Shown: one piece after another, positions 13,455 through 25,495 of the stretch
How the letters are laid out: each line of letters starts with the position of its first letter
Position numbering within the stretch: the first letter of the stretch is position 1
NCBI GenBank assembly: GCA_034780895.1
Contig: JAUZTB010000076.1
Span: 99,018,333 to 99,080,512 of the forward strand
DNA from: Rhynchobatus australiae
Lineage: Eukaryota
Length of the DNA: 62,180 bases
Reading direction: 5' to 3'
Notes under the pieces: generated by a model
The model's input: the letters and a program-made list of their open reading frames with translations, nothing else
Told to the model about the DNA's origin: nothing
Database searches by the model: none
Position numbers and translations under genes: made by a program

Positions 13455-13680
13455 AAAGGACTTGCAGGCACTGGAATCTAGGTGAAAAACACGATGAGGC
13501 TGAAGGAACTCAGCAGGCCAGGCAGCATACCAATATCGATACCAATACCTTCTTATTCTGGCTTCTACCCTCTTCCTTTCCAGTCCTGATGAAGGGTCTC
13601 GACCTGAAACATCAACTGCTTATTTCTCTCCATAGATGCTGCCTGACCTGCTGAGTTCCTCCAGCACTTTTTGTGTGTGT
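13455..13680 (+). mobile_element. Penelope pLTR-derived non-autonomous element with inverted arms and minimal hammerhead core
   Basis: Arms 13499-13528 and 13636-13665 are reverse-complementary at 28/30 nt. Core cagtc-CTGATGA-agggtctcgacct-GAAAC-ATC-aactg at 13581-13618. Confidence 0.75.
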
Positions 13681-15539
13681 GAGTATCTCTATGGTATTTT
13701 GCTTTTGGATTTTAAAGGTGGTCTTGGTAATTGAGCCAACAGAACGTCAGGAGTATCTTTTCCCAGTAATTTAAGCAGAGCCAGGACGAGATTGGCTTGT
13801 GTCCCATGAATCCAAGGATCAATTCACCTTGTCCACTCTAGTTCCCATCAGCTGGGATTCTGTGATTGGAGTAGGAAGGGACCAATTAACCTGTAGAAGT
13901 GAGCATCAGTACCGCCAAACCATATCTGTCTTCTCTGCCACTGTAAACACATCTCAATCGCCCACCAAAGCTTGGGGAGGAGCCGGATATCTTAAGCTCT
14001 AAAGAGCCCTGAGGTGGCCAAGATTGTCTTAACATAAAGCATTGACTTAGCCTGTGTTCCGTCACAGATGTTAACTTAATAATGAGACAAAACTTGCTTG
14101 GATTAACAAATAATTTGCTTGGTGGTGATAATGAAGAAGTTTGCATGGTGTTTTGGGGAGCATTGGCTCTTTCCTGAGAGTAATCAGGTGTTCGGGAGCA
14201 AACTAATTAATGCTGAGGATGTCAAACACCAGTTTGAAGGCACATTTATCTGCCATGTACTTGCTGCGGGCAGTTTGAAGAGGAGCTTTTAAACACATCC
14301 AAAGGCTTTCTCAGGATCTTTGTCAAGACTTCATCAAAATTTCCTGAGGACTTTACTTGAGAATAATTGCTGTGCTCATTTAACTTATTGGACACTCTAT
14401 CGGGTAACCATGAGAAAATGTGTGTTCAGTGATGGGGATTCCACCTTCAGTGGAAGTGGATGTTTGGAGCCCGANNNNNNNNNNNNNNNNNNNNNNNNNN
14501 NNNNNNNNNNNNNNNNNNNNNNNNNNNNNNNNNNNNNNNNNNNNNNNNNNNNNNNNNNNNNNNNNNNNNNNNNNCAGTGTAGGTCCTTCGGCCCACAATG
14601 TTGTACTGACATTTTACCCTGCTCTAAGATCTATCTAACCCTTCCCTCCCACATAGCCCCCTATTTTTCTATCATGTGAAAAAATACATTATTTTTCAAT
14701 TCGAGCCCAAAACGTTAAAATACCACAGGTGTGATCACACCCAAGATTCCACATAATTGCAGGAAGGCCACTCTGTTATTGTACTCAAATTCCCCTTGGA
14801 TTAAAAGCTAACACACTCTCAATCATCCACTGTACTTGCATGTCTGCTTCCAATAACTTGTGTGTTTGGACATCTCGGTCTTCAGGAATCTCAACATCTC
14901 TCCTGCCCTCCTCCCCAATCTCTCCTGCCCTCCTTTGTGCACCAAAGTGGACAATTTCACACTACACCTCATCTGCCATTCTTGCCTGTTGTCCTCCCCT
15001 CCTCCTCACCCCCCCCAATCCAGTGCTCCCCATTCTCTCTCTCTTCTCCCTCTTCCCACCCCACAGAACCAATACAACATTTGGTCTGCTCTGCTAAATC
15101 TTCCATTTGCATTGTGAACTGGGCTGAATCCTTGATCCCTGCAATGCCCCACTGTCATAGCCTGCCAGTTTATAGGTAGATACTTGGTGAGCAAAGAATG
15201 AAAGTTTGCCATAGTAGACAGGGATTTGGAATTGAGGTTATAGTCAGATCAGCTATGATCCACCTAACTGGCAGAGCAATCTTAAGCTGTTTACTGTTGA
15301 AAGGATCAAAAGGTTAGTGAGTGGGTTTCTTGGACACCCATCCATTACAATCTGAAATGATGTTGGAAAGCATTAGAAATGTAGAAGGCCCCTCTTGCAA
15401 CTGGTTTCAGTGTGGTTCCTTGATCTAACCAATACCTTGATAGTTTTGTGACATTTTGTATCAGTTCATGTTGCTACTTATGCTGTGGAAGCAGTTCTGC
15501 ATTGTGCTAATTATTTTCCCCTTTTTTCTATTCTGGCAG

Positions 15540-15747
15540 TTGTGGACTTAATCTATTGGCGTGATATTAAGAAGACTGGACTAGTGTTTGGTGCAAGCCT
15601 GTTCTTGTTGCTGTCAATGACAATTTTCAGCATTGTCAGTGTAATTGCGTACCTTGGCCTGGCAGTGCTTTCAGTTACTATTAGTTTCAGGATATACAGA
15701 GGTATTCTGCAGGCAGTGCAGAAGTCTGATGATGGACACCCTTTCAA
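15540..15747 (+). CDS. RTN4: RTN4 reticulon homology domain exon (208 nt; first hydrophobic region and start of Nogo-66)
   Basis: ttctggcag|TTGTGGAC...TTCAA|gtaagt; [68 protein letters not shown]. 208 nt is the conserved reticulon exon size. Confidence 0.97.
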
Positions 15748-16294
15748 GTAAGTATATTCAAATAAAGAAATGGACTACTCATCCTGCCAGATGTATTAGC
15801 ACATTAAGTAAGAATTGTAGTTTTGGATTTGTGTGATATTATTGGGAGCATTGTGAATGCATCTTCAATGTGGTAGTTCTGTCTAATTGTTTTTAAGATG
15901 TATGCATTTGACTCAGTACTTTGTAATAGTGACTATTAGTATGTGCAGTATGATTTTTTTGTTTTCTCTCTCCAGGATGGTGTAGTTATTCTACTGTTAA
16001 AAACAGACATTTCAAATTTCTGTTTCTTTAGCTTTTCATATACTTTAATCTGAATAACATTCAATAAATAAATGTATCACATTTAATACCACAAGGAAAA
16101 ATAAAACAAATGGTTTAAGGCCCACTGCTAGGCTGCTTTGTGAATATCATAATTAGTAAATTGAGCATTAAATATATGCAGATGATTTTTGATGTATTAA
16201 AATTTGGAATAGAAATAAAATTACAATTTGTAGACAAAGCAGTGTTTAATTTTTATCCTTTTCCATGCAACTCCCACCCCTCCTCCCATATCAG

Positions 16295-16433
16295 GACCTA
16301 CTTGGAGAAAGATGTTGCAGTTTCTGATGAACTGGTACACAAGTATAGTGATATTGGACTAGGCCACATCAACCATGTGATTACTGAATTAAGAAGGCTG
16401 TTTCTTGTTCAAGACTTGGTGGATTCTCTGAAG
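16295..16433 (+). CDS. RTN4: RTN4 RHD exon (139 nt; rest of Nogo-66 loop), followed by GC donor
   Basis: tatcag|GACCTAC...CTGAAG|gcaagt; TYLEKDVAVSDELVHKYSDIGLGHINHVITELRRLFLVQDLVDSLK. Confidence 0.96.
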
Positions 16434-16562
16434 GCAAGTAGTTAACAATTTTGTATGTAATAATTTCTCATTTATTTTTCTTTGGTCCAAGATTTCAAAT
16501 TGCCCATAATAGTTCAAAAGCAAATTACTGCAGATATTGAAAATCTAAAGATAGAACATGCT

Positions 16563-16708
16563 GTAAATTGTGTACCTTGGCCTGGCATTGCTTTCAGTTA
16601 TCATTAGTTTCGGGATGCATGGAAGTATTCTGCAAGCAGTGCCAGAGTCTAATGATGGACGCTCATCCAAGTAAATATAATTTAAGTAAATGATTGGACC
16701 AATCCTGC
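16563..16708 (+). pseudogene. Duplicated fragment of RTN4 208-nt exon (3' half plus ~40 nt of following intron)
   Basis: 16573-16670 aligns without gaps to 15650-15747 with 18/98 mismatches; donor GTAAGT has become GTAAAT; alignment continues to ~15789. Confidence 0.9.
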
Positions 16709-18129
16709 TGGTCAGGCAGCATCTAAAAGTTAAATGAGTTCATGGTTCAGGTTATGAATTATAATTCAGTTGTGGATGAAGTAATAATAGGCCTCATCAT
16801 AAACACCTTGTGTAAAGAAAATGTTAGTGTTTCATCAAAAATTAATGTAAAAATAAAATTGGATGCTGATTTGAGATGAAGAAGCATGACAAAGATTGAT
16901 TATGATGGGTTTTTAAGGAAGTTAAAGGAGGTGACTGTTTTCCTCCACTATATAATGAAAATGGTATAATTTTAAGTTCTGTGCTATTGGTAGTGCAATT
17001 GATTTCCTTTTGTCAGTATCATATGCAGGGTATGGTCTTCCCATTGTTCATTGAGTGAGCTATTCCTAAAGTACATTTAAGATTTTTAGTTGTGCAAGAC
17101 TGGGGAATTGGAGCCTACAAACTTTCCACATGATGCTTCAGCAAAACAAGGAAATCAATTCATTCCTGAGAAAATGTTGATGGGTAGGCCTCGCATCCAA
17201 AATTTTTCCTGGATCACCTCAAGGGAAATGAAACACTGACACCCAGAAAAACTTGGTTCTGCATTGGTTGTGACCCTTTCGTTGTATGCATACTTCTAAA
17301 GGATCATTTTCATTGGCTGTGAAATAGTTGACTCAAAATAAATTTGTGGCTTAATAACACTATCTTATTTTTCTGCCTGCCAATGTAGCTCGTGGTGTAA
17401 AAACAGTTCACCTCTTTCACTCTACAGTTAAGTAGATATTGTAGTGTTAAGTCTATTTCTATATATGTTATTAATTAAAGCCTTCAAGCTGTGAAACACA
17501 TGCCACTGTTTTCTCAAGGAATATATTATAATCCTTAAAAAAAAATGATTAATGTTCTATTTGCATTCTGTAAGTAATTGAAAATGTTTATCAAGTAGAC
17601 ATTACAGTAGAAAAATTGGAGTTACGCCACAGGAGGTCATCTTTCAAAGGCAATACTATTTCAACAACTTAAAATTTAAGACTGATTTATTTCCAGTCTT
17701 TGCTGGCATACCAGCATATCAGAGCTGTACATTGAAAGCTTTTAAAATGTACACAAACTCTTAATAAATTCCTGCAATATAGGGCAAAATGGTGGCCGCA
17801 GATTTTGTGTGTACTTTTTTCTGTTTAGGAATATAGATATTAGCCATTTAATATTTTGTATTGAGCCATGACTAGAATAGTGATTTACATTTAAGATTCA
17901 GATTTTTCTGTCCTTAAAGAAATGTCCACGTCTGAAAAATTGACCTTCTAGTCATTTTGACATTTTGCAAGAAGACTTCCAGTTTTTTTTGCTGTCAATA
18001 TGACTTGGTATATATGTGGTTGACAATTTTGCATTGCTTGGCAGATTGATAAAATAAAAATAGAAAGTTGGACCTCGCTTCACTTATTGGCAGGGCAATC
18101 AGTACTCAAGGTTTTCCTTATAGTGGGAT

Positions 18130-18770
18130 GTTGTTTTTGTTGTTGGATAGGCTGGCATTTATTGCTTATCCCTAATCATCTGCAGTGAGCTTGTGCTGAA
18201 GGTTCTCCCACACTGCTGTGAGTGGAAGTGAAGTTCCTGGACTTTGCAGTGATGAAGTAGATACACTTCCAACTTGTGATAGAGATTTGAAGGAAAACCT
18301 GCAGCTTGGTGTATTCCTACACCTCTGCTCTTCCTTCAAGTAGTAAGAATCTGCAGGTTGGAAAGGTGCTGTCAAAGAAGCCTTGGTGCTAGTGTATTTT
18401 GAAGATGGTGCAGTGTGTGCAAGGAGTGAAAGGTTAGGTTGATGAATGGGATAATTTCTGTTTTGGATGGTGTTGAGCTGCTTGGAGTGCTATTAAAATT
18501 TTGTTCATTCAGCCAAATGGAGAGTATTCCACTGCACCCCTCATCTGTGCCTTGTAGGTGATAGAAAGATTTTGGATATCTAGTTTTTGACCTCCAGTTG
18601 TAGTGGCTGGTCCAGTTAAGTTTCTGGTCATTTGTGGTACTCCCTTTTTATATACCCCTCCTCCTCAAAAGAATGACAATAGTGAGGAACTTCGGAGCAG
18701 CAATATTATTGAATATTAGGGAGAGCTGGCTAAATTTCCTCTTGGAGTTGGTCATTGCCTGGCACCTCTA
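18130..18770 (-). mobile_element. Decayed CR1/L2-clade LINE 3' fragment
   Basis: Shares diagnostic 3' motifs with copies at ~52920-53330 (-) and ~47800-48110 (+); no intact ORF. Confidence 0.5.
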
Positions 18771-18892
18771 ACTTGATACCTGCCATTTATATNNNNNNNN
18801 NNNNNNNNNNNNNNNNNNNNNNNNNNNNNNNNNNNNNNNNNNNNNNNNNNNNNNNNNNNNNNNNNNNNNNNNNNNNNNNNNNNNNNNNNNNN

Positions 18893-19060
18893 CCTCCCCG
18901 CCAGTATGCTGGTCCCCCCTGGGATTCAAGTGCAACCCATCCTCTTTTGAACAGGTCATACCTGCCCCAAAAGAGGCCCCAATGATCCAGAAAACTGAAT
19001 CCCTGCTCCTTACTGCAATCCCTCAACCACGCATGTAACCTCCTCCTCATCCTGTTCCTA
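18893..19060 (-). mobile_element. CR1-type ORF1 esterase (SGNH) C-terminal fragment
   Basis: LHAWLRDCSKEQGFSFLDHWGLFWGRYDLFK and frameshifted DGLHLNPRG (SGNH DxxH block). Confidence 0.75.
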
Positions 19061-20217
19061 TATTTCTGGGAGGTTTTCTGTACTTTTCCATTAAGGTAGA
19101 CACAATATTTAATTTTTCTCCAATTTCCTTATTCCTCAAAATTTCCCTGGTCTGTTTGTAAGCAATCCATACTAATATTTGTTACTCTTTTTCTGTTTGC
19201 ATATCTCTATAGGTGACTTTGTTTCTTGTTCCACTTATTAATTTTTATCTGCTTTTGAATTCTGAAATTTTCTCAATGCTGACACTTTTTGGCAATATTT
19301 ATAATCCTTTTGATCTAATACATTAGTTGGACCATTTTTCCCATTGGCTGTTTTTGGGCAATATAATTCCCATTACCCTAATTGAGCTTGTTACCTTAGA
19401 AAATTCTGGTAGTCTGGGCAGGGCCATGTCAGTAAACAAAGATGGGGAGACAGTGCTTCCATTGTATCCAAGTCAGTGCCCAGCAATATCTTGCACTCGC
19501 TGTACTGGCCAGGGTACAGCACTGAGCTCCACATCTCAGAGCTGAGCAACAGACCTAGCCCACCCACTTCGCAGGCATCCTCCATAATGTAGGATATTGG
19601 GCTAATGTTCATGTCAGGTTTCTGACATAGCAGTGCGCAGCTCATCTTGATGTCTTTTTTAAAAAGTATATGGGGGTATGCACTAGTTGAATGTTCAGTC
19701 CAGAAGATTAATGTTGATAAAAGAATAATTTTTCTAGATCTAAAATAGCCTGTTCCTTCCTTAATTTTTAGATCTGTATGTTGAGCTTTATCTCAATACA
19801 GTGCATGAATTCATCCTCCACACTATTGTTCAATCTAAATGTAAATTAAAGGCTCTGATTATTTTATTACCCTTGCCTGACTAGTTTCCTGACTTAAACT
19901 CTGCCCTACATAACCACCAATGTTTGAATCCCTACAGACAGCTCCCATCAATATTACCTGTCCCTAGATTGGTAATAACTTCACACATTTTGTTTTAATA
20001 CTTGATTTTCTGATGTGGCATTTGTTTCCTCAGTCCTTGTCCCATTTTTTTAAATATATATCAGGGCTACTTGTCTTCCTTTACGTTTTACTAAGCTCTT
20101 CTAAAAGTTTTTAAATATCCCACAATATTTAATTTTGCAATTTGCAGCCATGTCTATGTAATGGTTTTCAGAACGTGCACTCTTATTTCTACTTTTGTCA
20201 TTTGTGCGTCCAAATGC

Positions 20218-20240
20218 TGTGTGTGTGTGTGTGTGTGTGT
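20218..20240. repeat. (TG)n microsatellite
   Basis: About 11 uninterrupted TG units. Confidence 0.95.
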
Positions 20241-22769
20241 TCAGATAAAAAGGCACAGTTGAAGACTTTACCACTTTTTCCTATTCTTTAACAGGAGGTA
20301 TACTCTTCCCTGTTCTTGCTCTAATAGGTGATATACTTCATACTCGTGTTTGAATGTTTTTTCCCATTCTATCAGATTCCTGTTATCATTATTGACTTCA
20401 CTGTTCTGCATTGTCACCTTGTCTTTTAATTTTTCTAAATTTCACCTTAGTAGAACGTGGCCTTATGTGCAGTTCTTGTTCAATTTATTACCTGCATTAT
20501 TACCTGCTTGATTCAAATGAAGTCCATCGCAATGGTGCAGCTCCCTTTTAGTCCCAGTGCAGGTGCCAATGTCCAATGAATTGAAGCTCTCATCTCTTGC
20601 ACCAATCCGTGGAAATATGATTCCAGCCCTTGAGTTTTCTTTGATTCCTCTTTGTGTTGCTGATTAAAGTCAAAATGTCAGTAAATGAAGAAACTGTCTG
20701 GGACCATTGGCACATAAGCAAGAAAGACTACAACAATTTTTTATAGCCCTACCAAATATGTTGCTCTTTACAGCTGACTTTCTTGGGATAGGATTCTGTA
20801 GCTTTGATGACTCATTCGAATTACAGTCTCCAACTTGCAATAGTTTTTATAGTACTTTGAATATCTTGATCCAGAAATTCTGAATGTTATTAAAACTGAA
20901 ACATGGTCAATTAGACCAATTTGGAGAATGGGGGAAATAGTATTTTAAAATAGTTGAGGATGGTACTTATTGACTGCGTGATGAGAGGTTAAGTTCCATT
21001 ACATGTTAAACATTGAATTGTGCAAAGTCCTGTCATACTATGTTATACAAACTTATAGGGTGGCAGCTAAGATTTTGAAATAACTGATCTTAAATATGTT
21101 GAAGGTTGCCATTTATGGTATCAATGGATCTCCAACAAAATCTTAACTTGGTGTACCTCCGGAGTAATTGCAAGTTAAAGTATATTTTATTTAAAGCTCA
21201 TTTTCTCTTTTGTTTTCCTCATAGAATATATAAAAAATGATTTTAAAAATAAATTGTGAACTTGTTTTATGAAGTGAATATTTAAAATTTTAAGCAAGGT
21301 TTTGCTGCATCTGAAATTGGCCCTTGTTAGATTTAATTGGAATAATTTCTCTTTCATTGGTAGAGATGCCTTAGTATGCATTCAATTCATGGCTGGTAAA
21401 AGTCTACTTTTTTGAATTCAAACTGGATTAGTCCCACCGTGAATTTTNNNNNNNNNNNNNNNNNNNNNNNNNNNNNNNNNNNNNNNNNNNNNNNNNNNNN
21501 NNNNNNNNNNNNNNNNNNNNNNNNNNNNNNNNNNNNNNNNNNNNNNNNNNNNNNNNNNNNNNNNNNNNNNNNNGGACCAAAGTGAGAAATTTTTTAACCC
21601 AGAGCTGTAGAATTCTCAACCTAAGTGGGCACTGGAGGCCAAGCTACTGAGTACATTCAAGTAGAGATTTGATAACTTGGATATGAAGAGAATTGAGTTC
21701 TATAGGTTTAACATAGGAAGGTGGCATGGAGGCAAAAAATCGTCCAGGATCTTACTGAATGGTGAAGCAGACATATAGGTTCAAAATGGCCTACTCCTGT
21801 TTATCTTGCATTTGCTCTTTTGAATTTGTGAATTAGGGTGGTATTTTACAAATAGTAGGAATTAAGGGCCAAAGTTCTCCTCCTGGCACTGGTGGGAGTA
21901 ATGCATTTTGTTTGACATAATGGGATAGGAGTATATTGACAGAAGCCATGTTTTGTATCAAGATGCTATATAAATGCAAGTTGTGGATTTATTGAAGTGA
22001 TTGTCATTGGTTGCCAATGTGGATTCAAAATCTAAGTAGGGTAGCAGCTTACTTCATTGCTGACGGTACAATGTAAAATTTGGTGTTAAGGCAGGAGGTT
22101 AGAATTTCCATTTGAGTGAGTTGGATCATGTCAAGCCCAATCTTTCTTACAACCTTGGGACTACAGTTTGAGTCAAACTGCCAACTCCCNNNNNNNNNNN
22201 NNNNNNNNNNNNNNNNNNNNNNNNNNNNNNNNNNNNNNNNNNNNNNNNNNNNNNNNNNNNNNNNNNNNNNNNNNNNNNNNNNNNNNNNNATTTTGTTCCA
22301 GTGGTAAGTGAAATATTTTTCTTTAATTGCTTTAATTTGTTTAAGAGTTTTTAAATCTTAAGATTTTCAAGTGATTTAGTTTTCATATTCATATATTTTA
22401 AATAGTTAAAATTTTGAATATTATCTGCAATAAACATGAAGAGTTTTCAAAAGTTTGTGAACCGTGAGAAAATCTGGCTTCAGGTTACTCTGAACTTTTT
22501 AACCTTCAAAAGTTGATAAAATCACGTTGGCTATAGAAAAGGATACAGTCACTTGGCCCTTTCCACTCTATACTGGGTATATAATATTAATCCAACATGC
22601 TCCACCCATACAAGTCTTTCCTTTCAGGTACATACCCCACTATTACCCCAGTAGTGCATTCAAGACACAAACTTTTGTTTTTCCTAATGTCGAATTTGGT
22701 TCTTTTGCCTGTCATCTCCATTCCACTTACCCATTCTGCCAGTGGTAATAATTTCTTTTATCTAATCTT

Positions 22770-23530
22770 TCTGTACTCTCTATTTCAAACACCTGTATCA
22801 GATCTCCTTGTAACCTCCTCTGCACCAGTGAACTGTCCCTCATCCTTGGAATCATTTCAGTAAATTGTTTCTGTATCCTCTCTAAAACAGCCACATCTTT
22901 CCTCAAGTTTGGTCCCAGAACTGGTCATGATACTGTAGATGTGGCCAAACCAGTGTTTTATAAAATTCATCTGGACTTTTATTTGCTATTAATTAGAAAC
23001 ACAAAAATTAGGAGCAGGTGTGGGTGATTCAGCTCTACAAGACCACTTTGCCATTTGATAGAATCATGGCTGATCACCCAATTTCAGAACCAGGTTCCTG
23101 CTTTCTTCTTTATCCTTTAATCTATTTAGCAATTTATACTGTATCTAATTCCTTCTGAAATGCATTTGATGATTTGATCCCTGCACCTTCTGTGGTAGAA
23201 AATTCCAAAAGTTCACTATTCTTGCAGTGAAGAAATTTCTCATTTTCATTCCTAAATTGTCAACCCATATCCTTGCACCATTACTCCTGGTTCTGCACTT
23301 GCACGACATTGGGAACATTTGTCCTGCATATAATGTGTATAATCATATCAGAATTATAGGTTTCAATAAGGTCTCTTCGTTATTTGAAACTACTGCAACT
23401 ATATACCCAATCACGTCATCCTCTTGTGTCAGTCTTGCCACCCCAGGAATCAGTTTGGTAAATCTTCACTAAACTCCCTCCATAGCAAGAATATCCTTCA
23501 GGTAAGGAGACCAAAACTGCACATGGTACT
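22770..23530 (-). mobile_element. Two decayed CR1-type LINE 3' fragments
   Basis: Typical reverse-strand CR1 tail text (ccagaactgg...gatgtggccaaaccagtg; attaggagcaggtgtgggtgattcagc; aaaactgcacatggtact). Confidence 0.6.
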
Positions 23531-23549
23531 TGTATGGCCTTTCAAAACA

Positions 23550-24670
23550 CTATCTACCTCTTTATGGGCTTTGTTGTAGTTGCAATACGTGGGAACTGGT
23601 GCACCCCATTCTGGTAAACAGTGACCATATCTGCAGCAAGTGTTGCTTATTTGAACTTCATCTTGGGGTTGATGAGCTGGAGTGGGAAAATTACCTGGAT
23701 AGGTTATTCCAGGAGGCAACCACATCTCCTAGATTAACTGTCTCTAAATTGGCAAGTTGTCAGAAGCAGGACTGTGACTGCAGAGAGGTAGGTAGGATCG
23801 AGGGGATGGTTCCAGAGGAACCTCTCCCCTTGTCCATCAGATATGAGCTTCTTGATTTCTGTGTGGATCAGGGTGGGGACTGCAGGGATGATGTGCAAAT
23901 TGTCTGTAGCACCGTCATACAAGGTTGTGGGAGAAGAAAGGGGAACGTGGGAGTCATAAGGGATAGTACAGTTAGGGGAACAGACACCGTTCTCTATTGC
24001 AGAGACTTGACAGTCCTGAAGGTTGCCTGCCTGGTTAAGGACTTCTGGTCTGGAGAAGAATTTGCAATGGGAGGATCCGGTTGTGGCGGTCCACTAATGA
24101 CGTAGATGGGACTAGGAAGGAGGTTCTACAGTTGGATTATAAGAAGCCTGTGGCAAAATCGAAATGCAAAACCACAAGGTGGTTAATCTCTGGTTTATTG
24201 ACTTGATCCACATGCAGATTAGCAAAGGTAGAATTGGATTAAAGAAGTAAATGCATGGTTCAAAGTGTGATGTGGTAGAATTGGGTTCCAATTAATGGGA
24301 CACTGGTACCAGTGCTGGGGAGGGAAAGAGTTGTTCCATTGCGATCAGCTTCACCTCAATTGTGCTGTGACCTGTGTCCTGGTGAATCTCTCAAATACAG
24401 TTATAGATGGGCTTTAAATATGAACAAGATTTTTAATCAAGTAAATGAGAGCACAGGATAGTGAGGGGGAAATTGACACTGCACAGAGCAAATCCAGAGT
24501 TAGTAAAAAAAACTATATGTATATAAAAAAAAACTTAATTGCTTTTATTTGAATGAATATACCATTTGCAATAAGACATGATTTGACAGCACAGATAACA
24601 AATGAGTTATTATGGAGACAAGGTGACCAGGACCAGGTGCTCAATATTCCAAGTTGTACGTTTCAAAAGA
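23550..24670 (+). mobile_element. 5' part of a CR1 LINE: ORF1 (CxxC zinc finger plus SGNH esterase) and start of ORF2 endonuclease
   Basis: CCSCNTWE...HICSKC; VIRDSTVRGTD (GDS motif decayed); HWYQCWG...LHLN; then VLNIP typical of the ORF2 start; many disruptions. Confidence 0.8.
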
Positions 24671-25495
24671 TTGCTTTTGTATATAATGCTTCTGATGTCT
24701 ACATGTGTTTTAATTTTTTCTCTTACAGTAGCCAAGTTTGTTATCCATTGAGATGTTCCCATGCAGGCCTGGTGTCAAAGTCATTTTCACTGATGTTTCT
24801 GAATGTCTCAGCCATTTGAAAACAATTTAAATGGATATAAATTTCAAATTTAGTTAAAACTATATGTTTGAATTTAAAAACATAATATATAAAAAATCTT
24901 AGCCTGAACTTTTCTATTTAATAAAGGTCTGAACTGGTGAAAAGCTGAAGAGTCAAATGCTCGTTCATCAGCAAAGCTGCTTCGGTCAGATGTGAGCATC
25001 TGACCTTCAGTGAGTTCTTGACCTGTATGATGCAGTGAGTGCACAGACTTCATCGTCATAGATTTTCTGAAAATTGGAAGACAGATAGGTGGCTGTTCTC
25101 TGTGGAACTACTGCCCTTATCAGAGCTTGAACCAGCTCATAATGACTACTGCTTGCGTTGATGTTTAGACTAATATCAGGAGGTTAATTATGTTGGCCCT
25201 CTTGGGCATCATGCTACATCTTTTAAAATTCTTTGCCTGATCCATCAATTCTTTGGTAAATGTGATCCATTTCTGAATTTTGAATTAATGATTTTTTTTA
25301 GGTATTTAAATTGAAAACATTACATTAAGTGTAGCTTTTTGTATGATGAAGTAAGACTTTCAGATTCCCTATGCTTGCTGATTGTAATGTACGGCTTACC
25401 TGAAATTTCCTCCTTTTGATGATTGGACAGTTGTATTTTGTTTGATGTTGGTATTGCTTTGTGAACTTCAGGGCTATAAATATATTTTATTTTAG

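Noticed and set aside
23530-24105. 191-aa ORF as a novel zinc-finger/esterase gene
   Set aside because: Decayed CR1 ORF1: GDS motif mutated to RDS, frameshift before the DxxH block, no ATG start.
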